64,000 nucleotides of DNA, from assembly GCF_009914755.1 (NCBI RefSeq), contig NC_060926.1. One strand, 5' to 3'. Under the pieces are notes generated by a model. That model searched no databases, was not told the origin of the DNA, and saw nothing but the letters and a program-made list of their open reading frames with translations. The translations under genes and the position numbers were made by a program. This document shows, one piece after another, positions 55,801-64,000 of this stretch. Within the stretch, counting starts at the first letter, position 1. Every line of letters starts with the position of its first letter. Source of the DNA: the human T2T-CHM13v2.0 reference genome, Homo sapiens.

Positions 55801-56657
55801 AGTTGGATACTGCCAGCCCCATTTCACGGAAGAGAAGACTGGGGTCAGAGGTAAAGTGACTTCCCTGAGCATCTCCCCAGAGGACAAAGGAATCCTAGAG
55901 TGATACAATATATTCACCTATGTCGAAGGATGGGAATGATATGGGTGGGAGGAAATGGTCAAGCAATTTGGCATGACAGAATGATGCCCTTTCCAAATGG
56001 TCAGAGTGAGCCGTCCCCACTGGGCTTCTCTCTCCCTCTCCTCCACATCAGCATTGCCCTGGCTGGAGATGCACAGGCAATTGAGAAGATTATCTTAGCA
56101 AAGGATGATCTGAACAGAGCTTCTGACCCCAGGGCCTCAAGACAAGAGAAACAAATGGGCTGCAGCCACCGACCCTTTTAAAGGAGGGGCAGCCAAAAGG
56201 CCAGCCAGGACAGGGAGGAGGTGAACTCAGACCCCATGCTCTGGCCAGGAGCTGCGTGCAGCCGCCCTGGGGCTAACTGCCGCGTGCCTGAGTGAAGTTA
56301 ATAAAGTTGCATCCTAATAGTTTCCAAGGTCTCCTGGGTTTCCATTCCCAAAGGGGCCAGGCATCAGGAATGTACTTTGTTCATTTATTTTGGCAAGTTT
56401 AGCTCTGTATGCTCCTCACTGCGCTTCCTAGTCTGTTTTGCAAGCTTAATAAAGTCTTCGTAATGAGGCTCCCCTTCAGTGAGGCTGTGCAGAAGCCACT
56501 GAGAAATGGGGCAAAAGTGACAGATTTTTTCTTTTTTCTTTTTTTTATTTAAACAATTATTGTGTTTGCAAGAGAGAGAAGGACTAATGAGCCTCTATTC
56601 CATTTAGAGGCTATATTTCTCATTTCCATAGTGCATATCTCCCAGGGGCACCCCATT

Positions 56658-56855
56658 TCTATTTGATGATTTCCAAGTTGAGTTTTTACCTGGCCACTCT
56701 CAGGAAATGAGGTTCAGGGAGAAAAGACACATTTCCAAAGGCTGACAGAGGCAGTCCATGTCTATTTGATGATTTCCAAGTTGAGTTTTTACCTGGTCAC
56801 TCTCAGGAAATGAGGTTCAGGAAGAAAAGACACATTCCCAAAGGCTGGCAAAGGC
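56658..56855. repeat. Tandem duplication, 103-bp period
   Basis: Copies 56658-56752 and 56761-56855; 5 transition mismatches over 95 bp. Confidence 0.95.
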
Positions 56856-57199
56856 GTCATCCACTCAGGGGTGGCCACATCTCCATGTGGCTCCTTCAGT
56901 GTGGCTAGCTCTGTGCTAGGTGCTGAGGGAAGCCACAAAAGGAAGTGACAAGCAGACAGAGGTGGAGGCACTACCACCGCCCTCCCAGGGATGGGATGGG
57001 GTGGGTGAGGTTTATGCATAACAAACAATTAGGCAACAGCACACACAGTCTAAACCCAAGGGCTGGATTGAGTGGTACATTTGGGAAGAGCGGCTGCAAC
57101 GCACTGCAGGGAATTGACTATGGGACTAATGTTTCTCAGAGAAAGCTCCCTGGAAGAGGGTCTTGACTCTGGTCTTGAAGGAAAAAGGAAAGGAATGAG

Positions 57200-57400
57200 A
57201 ATGACCATTTGCTGAACATCATGTTAGATACATTATGTAATCCACCCACCCTATGCTATGAGTATTGAAATTATCCCTGTTTTTATAGATGGGGAAATTA
57301 AAACCCAGAGAGGTTAAGCAACTTACCCACGGTCCCACAGCAGAGTCAGCATTTAAACCCCAAATGTCCAGCTCCAAAGCCCATGCATTTCCACTCTTCC
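57200..57400 (-). mobile_element. MIR
   Basis: ttttatagatggggaaattaaaacccagagaggttaagcaacttacccacggtcccacagc. Confidence 0.8.
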
Positions 57401-57909
57401 TTAAGATTTCTGGAAAGTGTAGGGCTTGGATTAGCAGGAGAGATTTAGGAAGTTCTCAGACAGAGAGGAAAAATAAAATAGACTAAAAAATGATGAATGC
57501 TCAATCTCTAAACATCAAGGTCGAGGTGTCTGCAAACCAACTGTAAATTTTAGAAAGACCCAATTGAAGCTTGAAGAAAATGTTGTCCATCAAGGAGAGC
57601 TCTACTTTACCTGTTGTATTATTTTCCTTGATCGGCCATGACAAATGACCACAACTGGGTGGTTAAAACTATAGAATTGTATCTCCTCATAGCTCTGGAG
57701 GCCAGAGGCTGAAATTAAGGTGTGACTGGACCATCCTCCCTCTGAAGGCTCTAAAGGAGGATCCTTCCTCGTCTTTCCCAGCTCCTGGTGCCTCCTGCTG
57801 TTCCAGAGTTTTTGGCAGCATCACTCCCATCTCTGCCCCTCTCCCCACATGATCTTCTTCCCAGTGTCACTCTGTGTCTTTTTCTCTTTTATCTGTCTCT
57901 CTCTCTCTC

Positions 57910-58190
57910 TTTTTTTTTTTTTTTGAGATGGAGTCTCGCTGTGTGGCCAGGCTGGAGTGCAGTGGCGCAATCTTGGCCTCTGCCTCCCGGGTTCAAGCAA
58001 TTCTCCTGCCTCAGTCTCCCGAGTAGCTGGGATTACAGGCACGTGCCACCACACCCAGCTAATTTTTGTATTTTTAGTAAAGACGGAGTTTCACCATGTT
58101 GGCCAGGATGGTCTCGATCTCTTGACCTCATGATCCACCCACCAGAGCCTCCCAAAGCTGGGATTACAGGCATAAGCCACCATGCCCGCC
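57910..58190 (-). mobile_element. AluSc
   Basis: ggccaggatggtctcgatctcttgacctcatgatcc; poly-T tail on the left. Confidence 0.92.
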
Positions 58191-58352
58191 CTCTTTTTTC
58201 TCTTATAAGAGCACTGGTAATTGGATTTAACTCTCCCACCTCCAACCCAGAATGATCTCGTCTTGAGATCTTTACCTTAATTATGCCTGCAAAGACCCTG
58301 TTTACAGATAAGGTCACATTCACAAGCACTGGCAGTTAATACTTGGATACAT

Positions 58353-58615
58353 CAGGCCTGTAATCCCAGTACTTTAGGAGGCCGAGGCGGGCTGATCACT
58401 TCAGGCCAGGAGTTCGAGACCAGCCTGGCCAACATGGCAAAACCCCATCTCCACTAAAAATACAAAAATTAGCTGGGTGTTTTGGCGCACACCTGTAATC
58501 CCAGCTGCTTGGAAGGCTGAGGCAGGCAGAGGTTGCAGTGAGCTGAGGTCGTGCCACTGCACTCCAGCCTGGGCAACAGCATGAGACTGTCAAAAAAAAA
58601 AAAAAAAAAAAAAAA
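58353..58615 (+). mobile_element. AluS, 5'-truncated with a right-arm deletion
   Basis: TSD acttgga(t/c)acatc; ctgaggcaggcagaggttgc shows ~20 bp missing. Confidence 0.92.
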
Positions 58616-58899
58616 ACTTGGACACATCTTTTTGTGGGGACACAATTCAACCCACTACACCTGCCATGTTGAAAGGGTCACTGAATCCATTTTGAATCCC
58701 AAGTGACTGTACAGCAACCAGGTGTATGAAGCAGTTTAAGAAGGGATCAGGGACCTCCCAGTGGAGGGCAGGACATGCAGGGTAACTCCTGTGGCCTCTC
58801 CCCTGCAGCACTCGGGGTGCTGTGACTGGTCTCACCCTTGGGTGCTGCACATTCTCCTTTGCCTTCCACCTTTTGTAATGTGTTTTGGATGCATATTTT

Positions 58900-59125
58900 C
58901 AAGGCAGCATCATAGAAGAGAAAGGAATGAGCTTCGGAGTCAGATGACCAGAGTTCAAATATGTGACCTTGAATAAGTCATTCACCTGCTCTAGCCTCAG
59001 TTTCTCCAACTATAACATGGGGAAATCGTAGTCCTTCTCTCATCAGGGTGTCATAAGGATTGAGAAAATGACCCACGCAAACTCAGCAGAGGGCCTGGTG
59101 CATAGTGAGTGCTTATTAAATGTGA
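58900..59125 (+). mobile_element. MIR
   Basis: gtgaccttgaataagtca...gcctcagtttctccaactataacatgggg...gcctggtgcatagtgagtgctt. Confidence 0.8.
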
Positions 59126-59781
59126 GATCTTTATTTCACATATCCCTGTGGCTCCAGCACCTAGCCCTGCATTCAGCCTGCCTTGAGCATTAACAGATGA
59201 TGGCTGAATGGTTGTACACATAAATAGAAGCAGCTGGAGCTCTAGAATCATGAAAAGTGGTGGATGCCTTGGATTGGTTTGCTCAACCACCTTTGCTCTC
59301 TAATTCTCAGGTAACTTCCTATACTGCAGAGGACAGAAAGCCAGAAAAATCACATGAGCCAGAGTCCTTTTCAGCTGGTGTATTGGATACGGTTTTGTGT
59401 TCTGGCAATAAGACTTAGAAGGCAGAAATGAAACGAAGGCCCTTTAGGTGTTTTTATTTTCTTCCTTCCCTCCTTCTCCCCTTTTCATCCCAACCGCCTC
59501 CAACCCTGGTTAACAAAGAAAATCATGGAAATTAAGGAATGTCTACAGCAGCATTTTTGAGTCCCTCTTTCAGCTTCTTGGGTATCCAGGGACAGATAAG
59601 GCGGTGGAGGCAGCTTATTGATTCCAGTTTCCTGATACCTGGACCATGGCAGCTTCTAGGTAGCTCCAGAGGCAGTCACTTCCCTGCTGAGGGTGTTTTA
59701 TAGTGCTGTACTCAGGACCCATTCCTGGAGGCCCAGACTGGAGCCTATTCCTCCAGCCCTTCCAGTGTCTTTATAGACGTC

Positions 59782-60127
59782 TGCTATAGACTGAATATGT
59801 GTGTCTCCCAGAGAGAATTCTTATGTTAAAGTTCTAACTTCCTACATGATGGAGTTCAGAGGTAAGACCTTTGGAAGTTGGTTAGGTCATGAAGGTAGAG
59901 CCCTCGCAAAGGAGATTAGTGTCCTTCTAAGCAGGCCTCAGAGAGCTGTCTTGTCCACACAAGGACACAGTGAGAAGGCAGCCTCTATGACCCTCATCAG
60001 ACACGGAATCTGCCGGCACTTCGATCTCAGACTTTCCAGCCTCCAGAACTGTGAGAAATAGATGTGTGCTGTTTATAAGCCACCCAGTCTACAATATTTG
60101 TTGCAGCACCCCAGAAGGACTGAGATA
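59782..60127 (+). mobile_element. MLT1A0/MST-type solo LTR
   Basis: tgctatagactgaatatgtgtgtctccc...ccagcctccagaactgtgagaaata...gtttataagccacccagtcta. Confidence 0.85.
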
Positions 60128-61364
60128 GACTCGAATTCTCTCTATTAGATTTCCTTCTGCTCAAATCGTTGATATATCTATCCTTTGGCTGAAAACACCC
60201 TGTCTCCATCACTATAACACTATAGTAAATCTTGAAATAAGGTTCTGTTGAGCTGCTAACTTTGTTCTTCTTTTAAAAAATTGTTTTGGCTAGCATAGAT
60301 CCTTTGCTATTCCACATACATTTTAGAATCAGTATGTCGAGTTATACAGAAAGCTTGCTGGAATTTTGATTGGGATTTTGTTGCATGTTGCTGAAAATAT
60401 CCTGAGTGGTTTTTATTTCATGCCCTCCCTCACTGACTAACTAAGGACCCTCCTTGCCCTTTACTTCCAGGCTGTCTTCTCAATTAAGTTAGTCTATGGG
60501 TCACAAGTCAAACTAACAACAAAGACAAGAGCTGGTGTAGCCTCTTTCCAAGTCCTGAGCCATTGGGTCCAATGGACAGCTACTGAAATACACTTCCCAG
60601 CTTATTCTTGGTGATTCATGCCTCATTCCCCATTCCCCTCTCCCTTTGCCTGACACTCCATTTTTCTTCCCTCACCTGGCATCCCCACCTCCTCATAGCC
60701 CCTTCAGCCACCCACCACCTCAGCTTAAAGCTAAAGGACCTTTAAATCCACATACAGAGTTTTATTCTTTTTTGCACAAGAAAGTCAGCTCTAAACATTT
60801 TCCTCTCCCTGCAAAACTCCCTACCCCCCACAACTGCATCACCACCCCAACTCCCTGTCCAAATCCACAAAGCCACAAACACTCACCCCCAGCCCTAGAA
60901 AAAGAGATGGCTGAATCCTTCCTATTCCTGGCCTCTGAATTGCCAGCTTCTCCAGATGGGGAAATATAAAGTGTGAGGCTCCAGAAAGTTCATAAACTTT
61001 TATGCAGATTAGTTTTAGTCTGGTTTAAATTAGGCAACAAAATAGAATTTCCAGATGTTCTATTTGGAATTAACTTGGCTACAGAGAAAAGGCTACTAGG
61101 AGGAAGAGTTGGTAATAGGGTTATTTTTACATTCCAGAAAGAGAGTCACAAAAAGCATATGGAATTGATTAGAAGAGAGGAACCTGCTGGTGGGCACATT
61201 AAGAATGCTGTTCTCATTTATTCTGGTTGAGGACATGCAAAGGTGCAATGCAACACTCTCAAGCCGCTGGGGGAAAAAAAAGGCCCACTGTAGTGGTGGT
61301 TTGTCCCAGCAGTCAGCTCAAAGCAGCAAAGGTTTTTGTCTGATATAAGAAACTCTGAATATTA

Positions 61365-61500
61365 GGCCAGTGTTTCTCAAACTTTAATATGTGTGTGTGT
61401 GAATCCCCAGGGTGTCTGTTAAAATGCAGATTCTGCCGAGAGGGTGACACCAATGCTGCTGGGCCACAAGATACACCCATGGAGCAAGGCACTGGGGTGC
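61365..61500. mobile_element. MER5A-like hAT MITE
   Basis: ccagtgtttctcaaactttaat...gaatccccagggtgtctgttaaaatgcagattctg. Confidence 0.8.
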
Positions 61501-61639
61501 TCAAACAAACAGAGCTGGACAAGAAGGTTCATTCAGACCTACCATGGGCCGGACACACCTCCAAAGAGCAAAGAGGCCCAAAGAGGCAAAGAGGGAAAAC
61601 AAGAGAGTTAGGCATCATCTTACACTTTAAGAGTAAAGT

Positions 61640-62060
61640 ATAGACAGACAACTAAAGCAAAAGTCAGTAAACAAAGGATTGTAAAAATATGACTAAAAGT
61701 TATATGGAAACCTTAGGAGGGAGTGGCTAATTCCAGGGGAACTAGGGGAGGTATCAAGGAAGCCAGCTCTTGAGGACAATGACTTGTCAGAGAGGAAGGG
61801 GAAGGGCATGCCTTGTAAAAGGAACAGCATGAGCAAAGTCACAGGTGGCGTGAAGGAGCCACAGCATGTTTGAGAAACAGAGAGATGTGAGTGGAGCACA
61901 TGGTGGATGAGAGAAGGGGTTAGAAAGGAAGCCAGACAGGAAGACTCCTGTGAGGCTTGTTAGGGAGCTTGAGGTTAGAGCAAAAGAATCACTGGGCATG
62001 TTAGGAAAAAAGAGCAAGGGTGGCTTGGATTTAGGTTGAGGGTGATTATTGCAGGGGAGG
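61640..62060 (-). mobile_element. L2 fragment
   Basis: ggaacagcatgagcaaagtcacaggtggcgtga...gcatgtttgagaaac. Confidence 0.65.
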
Positions 62061-62746
62061 GAAGGGGATGCCTTTTTCCTTACTGAAGATAAGATGAGAG
62101 GACTACAGGCCTGGGTGGCAGGAACATTAGCCAACGTGAAGACAAGAAATTAGACCTGGTCCACTGCCTCTGCCTTCTCCTTTCCTGCTGAGTTTAAGCC
62201 AATCAGCTTGATGGGTTCATGGGTAGACTCAGGGCTCCAGAAACACAACAGATAGGCAGGTGTCTGGGATTCAGAAAGACAACAGAGAAGGGGAAAAAAA
62301 GAAAGGATTTCAGGGCCAGGGGAAAGGGCTGGACACTTTCATTCGTTCAACTGTGCTGGTCACCTGGATGCGGTTCATGGTATCCTCTGGGAAGTTGTTC
62401 ATGTAAGGATGAATACAGTGTAGCAAAATTAGTGCCTCCGGAGAAGTAGCCTACGTGTTGGGAAGCTGCAAGGGTAGTACCTATGCCAGCTGGGGTGGAC
62501 AGGAAGAGAAGGGAGTCAGGAGAAAGGCCTAACAGAAGTGAACTCCTGGTTGAAGTTTGAAGGACAGGTAGGAGTTAGCCAGGCCAGGAGAAGGAAGAAC
62601 ACTTTAGGCAACTGGAACAGGTAGAAACAGGAAGCATAGGGCCCTGGAGCCCCATTCAGCATGGGCAACAGGGCTGGGTATGGGTTGGGCTTGGTGGATA
62701 ATGAACGTCAGACAGAGGCTAGATCTTCAAGGGTCTGGGGTCAGAG

Positions 62747-62787
62747 CATTAACACTGGAGACTAGCTCATTAACACTGGAGACTAGC
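62747..62787. repeat. Perfect 20-bp direct repeat (21-bp period)
   Basis: cattaacactggagactagc at 62747-62766 and 62768-62787. Confidence 0.95.
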
Positions 62788-64000
62788 CTACAGTCCCAGC
62801 AGGTAGAAATTGGGCATAACAGCAGTGATTCCAAAAAGAGGACCCAGAAGCTTCTTGTGCCAGGACCACCTGAACCAATTTGCACAACCATGGCCAGGGT
62901 TACAGTGGCCTCATGAGACAGGACCAGGATCCCTCCAAGAGCACTCTTTGGTGAACACTTTTGGTAGGCGAGTGACGTCAGGGCCTGGTCACAGGGGTCC
63001 ATGGTATCATGCTTCGAGAATCGTGCCTGCTTCCACTGGAACTCCAAGATCATCGAGGGAATACACACAGAGGTGATGGGCTCTGGTGAGGATCCTTAAG
63101 CCTAAATCCCTTTCAATCACACAGATATCACCAGTATCATCAGTTGACAAAGAGGTTTAAGATTTCTGAAACTTCAGCTTGGTTGAACATCAAAAGGCGG
63201 GTGGACCATCCTGATGCATTAGCAGTTTGAAGGGGCCGGGAAGAGTGAAAATGACTAGGAATTACTATAGTGAAATGGAGGCTGGAGCAACCTAGCATGA
63301 AGATCCCACGAAGAACGGAGTGAGGCAGAGCACAGGGCAACCTGGAAAGAAGCAGTCACGACTAGCAAAGGGAGCCTGTGCATTTTGTTAGGGGTGGGAA
63401 GGGTCTCTAGAGGCCTCAACCTGGTGCGGACAGTGAGAACTAGAGGAGCAAGGGGACAATTGGCCCCTGGTCGTAGAGGAAAAAAGCTGCCAACTGCTGA
63501 GGATCCCAGCTGGAAGGAAACCCGGAGTGGATGCTGGAGGAGTGAGCCTGAAGTTTGCTCCCTGTGCCTGCACAACTGTAGGGAAGCTTCGTGAGGTGAG
63601 ATGATTCCATAGCTGAAGGAGGATCTGCCTGACACGTGTATCCAGTCCAGGGATCCCTGGAGTCAGGGGTCCTTCAGAGGGAGACACAGGCTGCCTGGAA
63701 CATGAGGTGTCCCCACTCTAGGAAGGAACATGACAGGTGGGGTCAGTGCTTGAAAGGTATGCAGATCATGCAATCACTTGGGACATGTTAACTGAGTGGG
63801 TGGGCACCTTGGTCCATTCTGCATGGAGTACCAATGCCTCCAGCAGTCCTGTCCAGCTTCAGACAAACCAGCCCAGCTAGCATAACCTCTTCTCAAATCT
63901 TCCCCATGCCTCAGATGCACTGAACTCCCGAGGGAACCAGGATCAGCACCCCAGCCTCTCCCTTTAGTTTTCTGCCACTACATACGTGGTGTCCACTCTG

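Larger units (their letters stand above)
57615..58659 (-). mobile_element. MLT1B/C solo LTR interrupted by two Alus
   Basis: tgtattattttcc...ctggaggccagag...aggtcacattcaca...cacaattcaacccactaca; TSD cctgt/cctgc. Confidence 0.85.

Noticed and set aside
57788-58255. Longest ORF (155 aa) and other Alu-overlapping ORFs such as 47083-47451, 21151-21465 and 3975-4289
   Set aside because: Peptides such as [11 protein letters not shown] and [12 protein letters not shown] are translated Alu sequence, not genes.

Overview
Primate (most likely human) non-coding genomic DNA, not prokaryotic. I find no credible protein-coding exon, RNA gene or CRISPR array, and I cannot name the locus. The ORF track is mostly Alu/L1/LTR-derived or chance. 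Much of the window is transposon-derived: about 15 Alus (J/S/Y, many with readable target-site duplications, TSDs), a complete THE1C MaLR provirus (12729-15158), solo LTRs (THE1D, MER74A, several MLT1), L1M fragments, MIR, L2, L3/CR1 and hAT MITEs. Non-repeat highlights are a small CpG island with GC boxes (~43.5-44.1 kb) and long repeat-poor stretches that may be enhancers. The most unusual structure is a ~270-bp mosaic at 39410-39680, built from snap-back inverted copies of itself plus short pieces copied from ~1.8 kb upstream and ~1.05 kb downstream. It looks like a fossil multi-step templated-insertion repair scar. Also notable are an unidentified polyadenylated retrocopy inside an MLT1C that later received three Alus, repeated reuse of identical L1-endonuclease sites, and a very young AluY. 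I see no evidence of a novel multi-gene system. Repeat subfamily calls are from recalled consensus sequences, and all counts are by hand.
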